64,000 nucleotides of DNA from Mytilus trossulus (taxonomy: Eukaryota). This document shows positions 54,401-62,022 of the stretch, piece by piece (within the stretch, counting starts at the first letter, position 1; the number at the start of each line of letters is the position of its first letter). The DNA is taken from assembly GCF_036588685.1 (NCBI RefSeq), contig NC_086381.1, positions 41,788,001-41,852,000 on the forward strand. Reading direction: 5' to 3'. The position numbers were made by a program, and so were the translations under genes. The notes beneath the pieces are model-generated. The model worked only from the letters and a program-made list of their open reading frames with translations. It had not been told where the DNA came from and made no database searches.

Positions 54401-57400
54401 AATGTTACACTCATAATAAAACTCAAGAAGGAGGTTTCAGCTCTGTTAATATACGCAGTTCTGTTATCAGTATTTAATTGCCCACCTAATTTGCTATAAT
54501 GAGGATTGTTAAATAGATTTCTCTAAGTTGTTTTCATGAACCTTATCAGACTGTCAGAATGACCGTTGAAACTAATGTAATATGCAGCTGGGTTTTAATT
54601 TGTTAGGGATAAGGTTGTTAAATAGTTTTATATAATTGTTTTTATGAACATTAGCAGACTGTCTGAATGACCGTTAAACTTGATGGATGATGCAGCTGTG
54701 TTGTAACTATCATGACCTTCTATTACAAGCCGTATAGTTTATGGGTTTGTTTATTTATCTTCAGCCCTTATGTGTGATCCCGATTTGATACAAGCACGCG
54801 AGAAAGTATCCAAAGAATATAACGTGTTCTGTTATAAAACAAACTGTTGGGATATGGCACTCCGGTTAAAGACCCTAGTTTTAGTATAATTATTATTGAA
54901 ACAAATCATCCTGATATAATATACCATAGCTACATAAAACTATTTGTGGCACATAATACCCAAGTTATACCTCCAGTTTTGAAAGAAACTGAAGCTTGGC
55001 TCGTATTGTTCTGTACAAGCATGTTTATGGGGAATTGCCCTTAGACTTAATATAGCTTTTAACACATAAATAAATAAAAAAGAAACTGTTCAATACTTAA
55101 CTGCTAATAACTTCCTTCTACTCCATAGCTTGAATAATTGACCCTCTTATATTTCGAAAATATTTTGGCATGCCAACATCATAGTTAAAGTGAACACCAT
55201 CCATATAGTTATTGCGATCCGAATTTTTCACTCCTGTTATTTTCCAGTAACGATAATGTTGTTGGTCCTTTATTTGTGATTTAAAAAATCTGTTAGTCTT
55301 AATAACTAAATAATTATACACATTTGATGTAATGACTCGTGTCGATTCTCTTGGTAGAAGTTGGCATTTTGTTACTGACTTAATTTCAATTAGGGTTGTC
55401 AATGTTTGGGATAATCAAATCAGCTGTAAACCCAATTCCTCTGTCGTATCTTCAGAGGCTCCTAAAATATCCAAATCGTTACCACCAATGTAAACAATTA
55501 CATGTTCGGGACAATTTTTTTCTATGAAAGACAAAATATAGATCTGAATTTGAAACTTTTCCGCCGCCGATCCCAAGACATTTTACCTCACAGTTTATCA
55601 AGTTGAAATTATGTAATGCATGTCTATCATAAATGAAAGTTCCCAATCTACGAGCGTATGAACTGTCAATTACGACAATTTGCATCGTTAAATTATAGTT
55701 TTCTTATTAAACTATAATTCTATTCTCTGGTGCGTCAGCTGACCAAAATCACTCACTGGATCTAATACAATATTCTCTGGATACTTTTTCTTGTACTTAT
55801 GTAGGAACCGTTCCGTGAAAAGTAATTCAAAAAACCTTTCAATAAAACAAGACTACAATGTTCTCTAAACTATGGAAATCTCAAGCAGGTAGATGCAAAT
55901 TACGACAGATTACGGACATATAAATTACAATGTCAAATAACATATTAAAGTTACCTAATTTTCTACAGAATATAATCCTTTTCCTTCTTAAATCACAATA
56001 TAATCGTATTATTTAAAACACAAATTTCGCAAAATGTAATATAATTTTTTAGTTTCAAAATTTTCCGGCCACTTATTTTTTTTTTTAAATTGATACTTGT
56101 TTATTCCAAATATTTCCTGTTTACAATTTCCTCAGTTGCCCAGGAGGCAAACTGTGGATTCCCGTTTACATTTAAACCAACTGTCCGGGAAGCAGGAGGC
56201 TGAAAAAAGTGCACTGAATTATCAGAAAAAAATAGTATACATGTAATATTGCTTATATTCTTTTATATGACAATGAGTGAAAAAGAAATATTTTCATAGA
56301 ATGTAATACTAGTGGTAAATAATATAACATTATAAAAACATAAACGAGTGCACCTATAAACCAGATTTACATAACATTTTAACATAATCGAGTGCATCTT
56401 TAAACCATGGATTACTGTAGTCAATATAAATTAAAGAGATATAAAAAAAACAACAGACAACATGACTGCTATCTCCTGCAAGGTATTTACTTATAGAATG
56501 AAATTAATTAATGTATTATTCGATAAGTAACAGGGCACAGATTTCAGATGTGTTATCATGTATGATTTCCAAAGATTTAAAATATATGTAGCGGACATTC
56601 TTATCCCATCATATTTAATTTTGTTTCTTATTTTCCACAAGGACCATTTTGTCAAAATAAAAAAGAGATTTACAATTTTGGTTCGAGTGACCACTGCTAT
56701 CTCCCAAAAGCATAAACTGTTTTAAATTTTCATCATCTAATTGAATATTCCATAATGTAAAAATATCTTTGATTTTTCTAATGATTAATTTTGTTGTATT
56801 GCCATCGAAAAATAAATGTTGCAGATTTTCAGTATTATTTGCAGTTTGGCAAATATGACATTTTCCGTTTGACAATTGCATTTGTTTAAGTCTACTTTCC
56901 GTATATATGATATTGTGAATGCATTTCCATTGAAATTCTCTCATTTTATTGGTGATTTTAACTGTTTTCAAATTGCCCCATACTATTTTCCAATTAATTT
57001 TGTGGCCATAAAATTTTTGCCATTTAAGTTGACATTTTGGATATATATTCTTATTAATCATGTCTCGAATATGTTTTAGTTTTAATTCTTTTGGTTTGAT
57101 TGTTTTCCCAAATCTGTCTTATATAACCATTTCTTTAGAAAGTTTCATTCTAGTATGTTTGGTTTTTTATTAATTTCATAATCAATTTCTAAAATTTGTA
57201 AGAAGTCAATTAGTATTGCACTTTTAACTCTTGAAAATTCCGATATGCAGTTTCTTTTATCTACAAGTTTTTCAAATATAGAACAACAACTATTAAAATT
57301 GTTGGTTTCTACATTCCATATATGTCTTTGATATATTTCATGTTACATTTGTACTATTTAGAAAGGAAGAAAAAAACAATCGTTTATTTTGAAATAAAAT

Positions 57401-60356
57401 TTTTGAATTACCAAATACCAATTAGTTTTGGGATTATCTCCAATTTTTAGAAAATTAGACCATGTAAAAATAGTTTTCTGATAAAATAAAGGAATATTTT
57501 AAAGATTTAGTCCTTTAATATTTCAACATTTACATAAAAAATACTGATCATTATACTTGTTGTCAAATTGTCGAAGCCAATACTTGCCAATCGCATTCCA
57601 GATTTCTAATGGTTCATGGAGAATGCGATAAAGAGACTTTATTTGTTTACTTCTAATGAATAAGTCTATACTAATCATGCCCATTCCTCCCTTTGTAATA
57701 TCAAGACAAAAAACCTGTCTTTCTATTTGGTTAACTTTCCCATCCCATATAAAATTCCAAAAATTTTGTTTATTTCTTTTGAATATTTTTCAAGAATTCC
57801 CCGCATTTCAATTTCATAACTACACATGGACAATATGATTTTTTTTACTATTAAGGTTTTACCACTAAATGAGAGTTTCCTGCTTTTCCAAACGTGGACA
57901 CAGTTTTTAATCTTTTCTATTATACTTTGCCATATAGCATCATTATCAATTTCATATCCGTGATTTACACCGAGGGTTTTTACATTACCTGTAAACCATT
58001 TAATTTTTATTAAATTTTAGTTTTTCCCTTTTAAGAGATCTTTGCGCCTTTTGAGATCATATAACAAGATCAGGGGAAGGAATAACTTGGTATTTTCGTT
58101 TCTCCCGAATAAGGACCAAAAGTTATGCCGCTTTCCATAGTACCGCCTAGTTTGACAAAAAATCAGTTTTTATAAAAATTAACATTATTTACCCTTTTTT
58201 TTACCCTTTTTTTGTTCTTTTGAGTTTAATCAGTTCTTCAACTTTTGAATAAGGGTTTATACTTTTGAATATGTTGGCCTCGAGTTTCACTGAAGAAACA
58301 TAAAATGTCGAAATGCACAGCTGGTGCAATTAAATTAGTGTATTATAATAAAAGTAATTATAGGTCACCGACCATTTTTGCTACAGGTTGTTTCAAAATG
58401 ACACTTTTTGTATAGATTATGCAAGACAAAACAAGAAAAAAGAAAATATGAGAAGATAGTTTTTAGAAAATGATACAGGAATATCAAAAGTAAAGATAGC
58501 GTCATCGTATGTTTTTTTTCCGTCTAAAATGTAAAATAACCAAATTTCATGTAGATTGTTGCAGAAAATGCAATATTTCAGAGTTACCTCCCCTTAAAAT
58601 CTCAATTTAAAAACATTCAAATAAAGAAAAAATAATTTATACTTGTAAAATTATTAATATTTATTATTCTAATATGACGTGCTTCTTTAGCTTTGAGTAC
58701 AAAGCCATGTTCTAATTCGAATAGAACATAGGCTGCACGTGATTGACGTCACAATTGAAATTGCAACGTCAGATGAATTTTTAAACAACATCAGAGATAC
58801 AAATGGACATGCTCGCTAGAAAATTAAATAAAAAGATTCTAAAAGTAAGTTACAATTTTTCTGTTCTTTTTTTTTATTAATAAACTGTTGATTTTTCTAT
58901 AAAGTTTTTGTTCATCAATCAAAATGGCGACGTTTCGAACGTCTACTATAGGACCTATAAAAATACTGCATTTGTCCTATTAGAATCGAAATAATTCCTT
59001 CATGTCATGCTCTATGCTCATTTTAACATGGGTAGGCATTATATTTGACCACATTTTACACCTCGCTAACGCTCAGTGTAAAATATCGACAAATATAATG
59101 CCTACCCATGTTAAAATGAGCATAGAGCATGACATGAAGGAATTATTTCTTAAGTAAAACTCTTAAAGATTTATTCTTTTTAATGATAATTCCCATCAGT
59201 CATCTGCATTTCTTACCAAATTCTGCTAATTTTATTGAATATCTGGACCTTACGTTCTCTGTTTCTGCAAAGATGGCGAAAAACACAATACTACCTCAAG
59301 TACTACTAGTCATAGTTTGGTGCTGTTAAAGTACTTAAAGTTTAGTTTTATAACTACCACTTGGTACTGTACCTCTTTTTGTGGACTGATAATATGTCTT
59401 TCCTTGAATGATTATACAAATGATGTTGACCGATTGGGTTTGTTGATTGTTAAATGTTTTGTCCTGGAACATCATTTAACCTTGAGAATTGAAGAAATGT
59501 CCATCATGAGCAGACAAATTGGAAAAGGTTATTTATTACATATTTTAAATAAGTATTAGTTGAAAGTTTACATTTAGAAATAACATTCGACACATCTATG
59601 ATTTTTGTTGACATTTGTATTCATGGGTCTTAAGGAATTGTGTGTTGCACTTCCAACAATGATTTTAAAACAATTTATTTGTTTATTTAAACGACAAAAC
59701 AATACAACGTCGCTGGGCTTCTAAAATGTCGTATATGACTTTTTTGGCAAAAAAAACGTTTTGACACCAATGGTACAGTATGGGCGGGAGAATCTTTGGT
59801 ATTACAAAATAGCATGCAGTTAGACCAATCAAAATGTGTGAAATAAGACATATTACAAAATTGCCCATGTCAATTATTTGTAAAGTTGGCTTCCAAAATG
59901 TTGTATGAAAACTTGAAAATCGTTGTAAAATGGCTTTGGGAAAAAAATAATTGTACATTTCTTTATTTCTGTGAAAATAATTTAAGTTCTTGGATAATCC
60001 AGATATGTCAACTTTTTTTATATCACTGCTTTTTACAAAAATGTTCAAGTTCACATACGACATTTTGGAAGCATGCATTTTGCGAAAATTTTCAAAGCCT
60101 GTTTGTGAGATATTTTTTTCTTGAAAAAATTGTAATGTACAACATTTTAGAATCCCAGCGACGACAACTTGAGTAGTATACATACTTCGGCAATGAGGTC
60201 CAGCAGAGTAGAAGCCATTGTTACAGCCAGTGCATATGTTTGGTTGAGAACAATTTCCACCACTATTACTTTCCCTAGTCCCATTACGCATTATGATTGT
60301 GTCATTTTTGTAAGAGAAGTTGCAAGCTGCTTTTTGTGTCTTCCCATCACATATGG
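464..60356 (-). CDS. Spliced gene (20 exons in window, partial) for a large uncharacterised EGF-like + FN3/Ig-like repeat protein
   Basis: Twenty exons have AG acceptors and GT/GC donors, and their phases chain without a stop (3827 nt, ~1275 aa). N-terminal part has Cys-rich EGF-like modules. These are followed by repeats of the type D-x-S/T-P-P...G-x-V-x-D...D-I/V-D-Y/F...W-x-G-F-x-D-x-E-S-G...S-D-G-V. The start codon is not in the window; the 3' end is unresolved. Confidence 0.9.
705..834 (-). CDS. Exon S (130 nt, 0-1): MYYVTIEARTTAGSVNVSSDGVRV...NNCS
   Basis: ttgtag| acceptor and |gtatat donor; SSDGV motif. Confidence 0.87.
1249..1457. mobile_element. Small MITE (Tc1/mariner-like ends)
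   Basis: Inverted ends (ta)ctgcggattcat ... atgaatccacag(t). Confidence 0.55.
1865..2062 (-). CDS. Exon R (198 nt, 0-0): DNEDIDFTLERSTLAVTWSGFEHPH...GLTLHPFQ
   Basis: cttttaag| acceptor and |gtaata donor; repeat motif DIDF...W.GF. Confidence 0.9.
2322..2505 (-). mobile_element. Nin-domain SINE, 3' part
   Basis: Reverse complement of the 61730-62022 copy; contains ctataggtcaccgtacggccttcaacaatg (Nin core, recognised from memory). Confidence 0.75.
2642..2922 (-). CDS. Exon Q (281 nt, 1-0): HKPDMYDIQPF...YYFTIKATNLAGLS...GTQLK
   Basis: aattag| acceptor and |gtaata donor; overlaps ORF 2501..2908. Confidence 0.9.
4257..13870. mobile_element. 9.6-kb foldback-like element nested in the CACTA element
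   Basis: Inverted arms at ~4257-4945 and ~13075-13870 begin acagagagcagaataaaaa. They are built of recurring palindromic A(G/A)AATAAATTTATT(C/T)T motifs. The flanks are TA runs, compatible with a TA TSD. Confidence 0.85.
5458..5568. mobile_element. 111-bp hairpin MITE, TAG...CTA ends, 9-bp TSD (AcademH- or MULE-like)
   Basis: ~50-bp perfect inverted arms; TSD tagatgtac at 5449-5457 and 5569-5577. Confidence 0.88.
13919..14955. mobile_element. ~1-kb non-autonomous TIR element with subterminal ggaaaaaaagtcac repeats
   Basis: About 7 tandem ~15-bp units at 13926-14030, with inverted copies (gtgactttt...) at 14845-14950. Explains the spurious KKSHRKK ORF. Confidence 0.7.
15790..15916. mobile_element. 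GC-rich MITE (ggatccag...ctggatccgcgcctg, hAT-like)
   Basis: Inverted ggatccag ends; degenerate relatives near 9820-9912 and 37693-37790. Confidence 0.5.
18977..19133 (-). CDS. Exon P (157 nt, 0-1, GC donor): SIGPFIVDTTKPQF...WSVGAFVDPDDPFPMHFQYAV
   Basis: atttcag| acceptor. The GTTG|GCAAGT donor gives YAVG-HKPDMYDIQPF when joined to exon Q. Confidence 0.85.
19233..19705. mobile_element. Degenerate TIR element (Kolobok-like)
   Basis: ggaggttcaagggta... and ...tgtaccctcgagct|ttaa form imperfect inverted ends. Confidence 0.4.
20263..20481 (-). CDS. Exon O (219 nt, 0-0): FKMIWKSG...DYEVGLSS...PDIVPF...EGIQ
   Basis: ttttcag| acceptor and |gttata donor. Confidence 0.88.
21480..21603 (-). CDS. 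Exon N (124 nt, 2-0): VSKEQNITVFPIG...VVVKASQ
   Basis: atttcag| acceptor and |gtttgt donor; supplies the phase change needed between exons M and O. Confidence 0.75.
22595..22869 (-). CDS. Exon M (275 nt, 0-2): TQKTYNTFASF...AVNRAMEHSNVVCSDGVTV...SSSC
   Basis: tttattgtag| acceptor and |gtaaga donor. Confidence 0.9.
23194..24458. mobile_element. 1.26-kb non-autonomous TIR element with internal ~210-bp direct repeat
   Basis: ~95-bp imperfect TIRs (gatgtatgtgaagt... / ...acttcacattcatc), each with an internal hairpin; direct repeats at ~23515-23730 and ~23873-24075. Confidence 0.75.
24513..24900 (-). mobile_element. Decayed non-LTR retrozyme monomer bounded by two dead hammerhead motifs
   Basis: Reverse-complement homologue of 40288-40455; the terminal segment recurs ~305 bp apart (24514 and 24819). 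Confidence 0.65.
25388..25588 (-). CDS. Exon L (201 nt, 0-0): ITIDVSPPHEGTVHDG...WEGFFDRESGVEFY...NK
   Basis: ctttgaag| acceptor and |gtactc donor; clearest copy of the repeat motif. Confidence 0.9.
25840..26073 (-). CDS. Exon K (234 nt, 0-0): NLTICESKY...SCYCTMFHGCYHKHF...TTAVKK
   Basis: ttttcag| acceptor and |gtaaag donor; open frame missed by the ORF track. Confidence 0.88.
27130..28390. repeat. Tandem array of ~5 diverged 220-260-bp monomers
   Basis: Recurrent tagatttaca...aaatatggtcagtt...gtacaagtcag...tatcaaaactactgaaattttg, starting near 27132, 27350, 27580, 27836, 28094 and 28348. Confidence 0.8.
28630..28956. repeat. Transposon end with aagttaactt/ggactggt subterminal repeats
   Basis: Repeated palindromic aagttaactt; ends ...cttgctttggg; same motif as 52284-52369. 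Confidence 0.5.
29024..29150 (-). CDS. Exon J (127 nt, 2-0): IEWEAFDFDSGLNQVEWRLFD...GMAQ
   Basis: ttttacag| acceptor and |gtactt donor. Confidence 0.88.
29413..29707 (-). CDS. Exon I (295 nt, 1-2): VVRFEVKY...DVSPPRIENLWLSRGD...FSKM
   Basis: catag| acceptor and |gtaagt donor. Confidence 0.9.
30512..30860 (-). CDS. Exon H (349 nt, 0-1): AVITLKSPGLYSATLIVYDKALNYK...EIPNAH
   Basis: tatatag| acceptor and |gtaatt donor; overlaps ORF 30465..30773. Confidence 0.88.
31127..31269. mobile_element. TTAA-flanked hairpin MITE (Kolobok/Crypton-like)
   Basis: ttaa|acagatatagcatg ... catgatatatctgt|ttaa; near-complete palindrome with cgccttacggctcg centre. Confidence 0.7.
31788..31946 (-). CDS. Exon G (159 nt, 0-0, GC donor): ANVPISWDGWKDDMAGLHHYEYQVF...ISQPN
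   Basis: tttgttcag| acceptor. The next exon needs phase 0, and the best phase-0 donor is AAT|GCAAGT. Confidence 0.8.
33038..33415 (-). repeat. 27-30-bp minisatellite ending in a duplicated CACT-type transposon terminus
   Basis: Unit cagtattggacactgttgcgtggtt...; the end gccgattttatacggagtg occurs twice (ending 33229 and 33415). Confidence 0.75.
34040..34261. repeat. ~110-bp tandem duplication
   Basis: ctatatagca...gacaatctgatagacga occurs twice. Confidence 0.85.
36896..37097 (-). CDS. Exon F (202 nt, 2-0): LTFKWTLKSGGYLKY...SADVTEK
   Basis: tcatag| acceptor and |gtgaca donor; overlaps ORF 36806..37138. Confidence 0.87.
37323..37461 (-). CDS. Exon E (139 nt, 1-2): GSHTTEVRSFTCFNSRNNP...WDKRHGY
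   Basis: ttttag| acceptor and |gtaagg donor; frame joins exons D and F. Confidence 0.87.
39637..39918 (-). CDS. Exon D (282 nt, 1-1): IKDMDVEYAEAKL...ELRYDK
   Basis: tttattgtag| acceptor and |gtattg donor; overlaps ORF 39545..39907. Confidence 0.88.
40036..41899 (+). mobile_element. Helentron-associated (HINE/DINE-1-like) element with internal tandem repeats
   Basis: 5' ttatacgac and 3' ctcgtataaaaa sub-terminal inverted motifs; internal repeats including 34-bp units at 41044-41255; (gac)n microsatellite near the 3' end. Confidence 0.65.
40378..40424 (+). ncRNA. Minimal type I hammerhead ribozyme within a retrozyme fragment (~40288-40455)
   Basis: CTGATGA (40385-91), stem II gtc/gac, GAAAC (40405-09), gcgc, GTC (40414-16, predicted cleavage after 40416); stem I cgtaa/tggcg has one mismatch. 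Confidence 0.8.
42805..42918 (-). CDS. Exon C (114 nt, 1-1), EGF-like: ACSWRSDSTRCFPGTCSGGLASECKCWDGFGGHHCDY
   Basis: acag| acceptor and |gtatgt donor; CxCxxGFxGxxC EGF signature; not in the ORF track. Confidence 0.9.
43278..45069 (+). mobile_element. Internally deleted Ginger2-type transposon
   Basis: Ends tgttagcggcaataag...aattgctgctaata. The left end is shared with 60685. A remnant GHGERDRM at ~44045-44068 matches GHGGRDRM of the transposase at 61088. Confidence 0.75.
46191..46325 (-). CDS. Exon B (135 nt, 1-1), Cys-rich: CPPIDHCNHRKCTSVHDNQCEWCDGD...KACL
   Basis: tttgtag| acceptor and |gttagc donor; overlaps supplied ORF 46186..46395. Confidence 0.88.
46700..47455. repeat. Interspersed repeat with internal ~100-bp direct duplication (possibly Helitron-derived)
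   Basis: ttgga(c/t)gaaatttta...cagattagac...tattttctgtctga occurs twice (46880-46975, 46986-47085). Confidence 0.45.
47645..47911 (-). mobile_element. Nin-domain SINE copy
   Basis: Homologous to 2322-2505 and 61730-62022; further fragments near 30075, 35465, 43870, 48290 and 48455. Confidence 0.7.
48914..49413. repeat. ~230-bp direct duplication
   Basis: 48914-49144 and 49191-49413 align from ttttgtcaaca to ttcgcc. Confidence 0.85.
50711..51035 (-). pseudogene. Tyrosine recombinase C-terminal remnant
   Basis: LCPVHAVWEYCKLRG...HLFCF, KGHSFRI, GR*QSDAFKKYIR: the HSFRIG and GRWxSxAxxxYIR motifs of DIRS/Ngaro YR, with frameshifts and stops. Confidence 0.88.
51050..52665 (-). pseudogene. DIRS/Ngaro gag-like ORF1 remnant with C-terminal zinc knuckle
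   Basis: MPSKVPKRSKRKRK start; PLALGVDPKLKADIWSNKY; PKLMKYAAIIANLA...YDQAYRQWR...PWDGVNGEL; CRYEHTCQVCGGDHSRRDC; interrupted by the 51999-52369 insert. Confidence 0.82.
51999..52369. mobile_element. MITE-like insert made of a 28-bp tandem array
   Basis: Unit gtccacaggtctggtcaaaagcagacct, ~7.5 copies at exact 28-bp spacing (52029-52235); aagttaactt repeats; short ccttga...tcaagg inverted ends. Confidence 0.7.
52945..53162. repeat. ~70-bp tandem repeat, 3 copies
   Basis: tacccttaaattcatgtaagtgccgtgtgcact...ttatcaacca repeated. Confidence 0.8.
53285..54067 (+). mobile_element. Complete HINE/DINE-1-like (Helentron-associated) element
   Basis: acaag start; sub-TIR aaccggattt/aaatccggtt; four ~161-bp monomers; (ccgc)n microsatellite; 3' hairpin atttttgtcacaaaaat; A-run end. 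Confidence 0.8.
55118..55685 (-). pseudogene. SGNH/GDSL hydrolase ORF (frameshifted)
   Basis: Block I IVVIDSSYARRL, block II GIGGGKV, block III YIGGNDL, block V DGVHFN; spread over ORFs 55479..55685 and 55118..55402. Confidence 0.82.
56076..58030 (-). mobile_element. 5'-truncated Tx1/L1-clade LINE (ORF2 C-terminus, 3'UTR, polyA)
   Basis: KTLGVNHG...WKSRKLSFSGKTLIVK; zf-RVT region KMREFQWKCIHNII...CHIC...ENLQHLFF; AATAAA (56100-56105) and A-tail (56076-56086); frameshifted. Confidence 0.9.
58281..58330 (+). other. Degenerate hammerhead-like motif of a second repeat family
   Basis: CTGAAGA-aacat/atgtc-GAAAT-gcacagc-tggtg; a more decayed relative lies at ~31500. Confidence 0.4.
58988..59149. 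mobile_element. 162-bp near-perfect hairpin element (Crypton/Kolobok-like end)
   Basis: gaaataattccttcatgtcatg...catgacatgaaggaattatttc|ttaa; outer ~60 bp perfect; centre cctcgctaacgctc. Confidence 0.8.
60186..60356 (-). CDS. Exon A (171 nt, phase 1-1), EGF-like: ICDGKTQKAACNF...GGNCSQPNICTGCNNGFYSAGPHCR
   Basis: tttctatag| acceptor and |gtatgt donor; Cys spacing typical of EGF-like modules. Confidence 0.88.
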
Positions 60357-61029
60357 CTATAGAAATAAATTAAATTATGTTCCTCATTAATAACAATACC
60401 AAAACTATAGTAAACAGTATTGCACCAAGGTAAAACAACATGTGTCATAAGAGATGTCTTAGCAGTGCAGAATTTTGGAAAACGCCTGAGTATAATAAAT
60501 TAGAATGTGCATTGTAGCTTAAGGTTACAAAGCCATGATGAAAGAAAATATATAATGACATTGGGGGTCAACAATTTGTCAGAATAAAATTCTTATCCTA
60601 ACAATTTTGGTGTAATTTTCATACTTATATAAGTATTTGTATTAACTCTTTATCTCAAACACTCTGGGGTCCAGTGGATATGTATGCTAGCGGCAATAAG
60701 TGAAATTAGGCATTAAACTTAAATCCTAGGCAATAAACTAACGCTTAGGCATTAAGTTATTGCCTGAAATTTCAGGCATTAAGCTTATTACCTGAAATCT
60801 GATGATGATTATTCATCCTATTTCCGAACATAATTTTAGGCAATTTTCTTGAAATGAAGTAGTTTCTAAATTATATTTCAAAAATTAATAAATATTTATC
60901 TGACAAGTCTTCAAATTTTAGTAATTTTCTTATTCAAAACAGAATTAACTCATACTTTTTTTTATCGAAGTACAAAATTTTTTAAAAATATTTAAATAAG
61001 TGTTTGTATCCAATAAAAAAGGGGGAGAC

Positions 61030-61725
61030 TCTATATAATCTTTTTTTTTGAAAATGTTTACATTTGGAAAAGGCACATAAAGAAACAGGTCATGGCGGCA
61101 GAGATCGCATGATAAAATAACTTAATAAAGGATATGCTAATATTTCCAGCGATGCAATTGAATTATTTCTGTCACTTTGTGAAAAATGCAATATGAAAAA
61201 AAAAACATATAGGGAAAGAAGTAGTAGTGAAGCCCATTTTATCTAAAGACTTTAACAGAAGAGTTGATTTGATGGATTTTCGATCAAACCCAGATGAAAC
61301 TATAAATTTATTATGGTGTTTCAAGACCACCTTACAAAATTTTGTAACATTGAAGCTCTTACCTCAAAATGTGCACCAGAGGAGGTTTTTAATCTAACTG
61401 ATATTTTTACAATTTTTGGTGCCCCCAACATACTGCAAAGTGACAATGGTCGGGAATTCACAGCTTTGGTCATATCCTAGTTAAAATTATTGTGGCCAGA
61501 ACTTGTTATCGTTCATGGGTAACCGAGACATCCCCAATCACAGGGTAGCATTGAACGATCAAATGGAGATATCCATGACATGCTAACTGCATGGTTGATG
61601 GACATTGAATCAACAAAGTGGTCAATTGGTATCAAGTTCGTCCAGATTCAAAAGAATTCAGCTCTAAACAAAGGCATTGGACTATGAAGCCTTGTTTGGT
61701 AAATGTGCAACAAATGGATTAAACA
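61030..61725 (+). pseudogene. Ginger2/KRBA2-SCAND3-like DDE integrase-type transposase, disrupted
   Basis: HKETGHGGRDRM...LCEKC (HHCC), VDLMDF, YKFIMVFQDHLTKF, FGAPNILQSDNGREF, PRHPQSQGSIERSNG, YEALFG; several stops and frameshifts. Confidence 0.9.
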
Positions 61726-61729
61726 GTAT

Positions 61730-62022
61730 TTATGTATGTGTCTGTCCCAAGTCAGGAGCCTGTGATTCAGTGGTTGTCGTTTGTTTATGTGTTACATGTT
61801 TGTTTTTCGTTCATTTTTTTTTACATAAATGAGGCCGTTAGTTTTCTCGTTTGAATTGTTTTACATTGTCTTATCGGGTCCTTTTATAGCTGACCATGCG
61901 GTATGGGCTTTGCTCATTGTTGAAGGCCGTACGGTGACCTATAGTTGTCAATGTTTGTGTCATTTTTTGTCTTTTGTAGATAGTTGTCTCATTGGCAATC
62001 ATACCACATCTTCTTTTTTATA
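61730..62022 (+). mobile_element. Nin-domain SINE inserted into the Ginger transposase
   Basis: gggctttgctcattgttgaaggccgtacggtgacctatag core, and ataccacatcttcttttt tail. Confidence 0.8.

Larger units (their letters stand above)
49420..56070 (-). mobile_element. Decayed tyrosine-recombinase retrotransposon (DIRS/Ngaro-type), RT/RNaseH deleted; boundaries approximate
   Basis: Co-oriented SGNH, gag and YR remnants (listed separately); terminal repeats not identified. Confidence 0.7.

Noticed and set aside
58036-58060. atctttgcgccttttgagatc resembling U5/U2 snRNA at the LINE 5' junction
   Set aside because: The match is short and gapped, and no other snRNA elements are present.
59683-60185. 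3' three-quarters of the 202-aa ORF
   Set aside because: Read-through into the intron past the donor at 60185; only 60186-60356 is exon.
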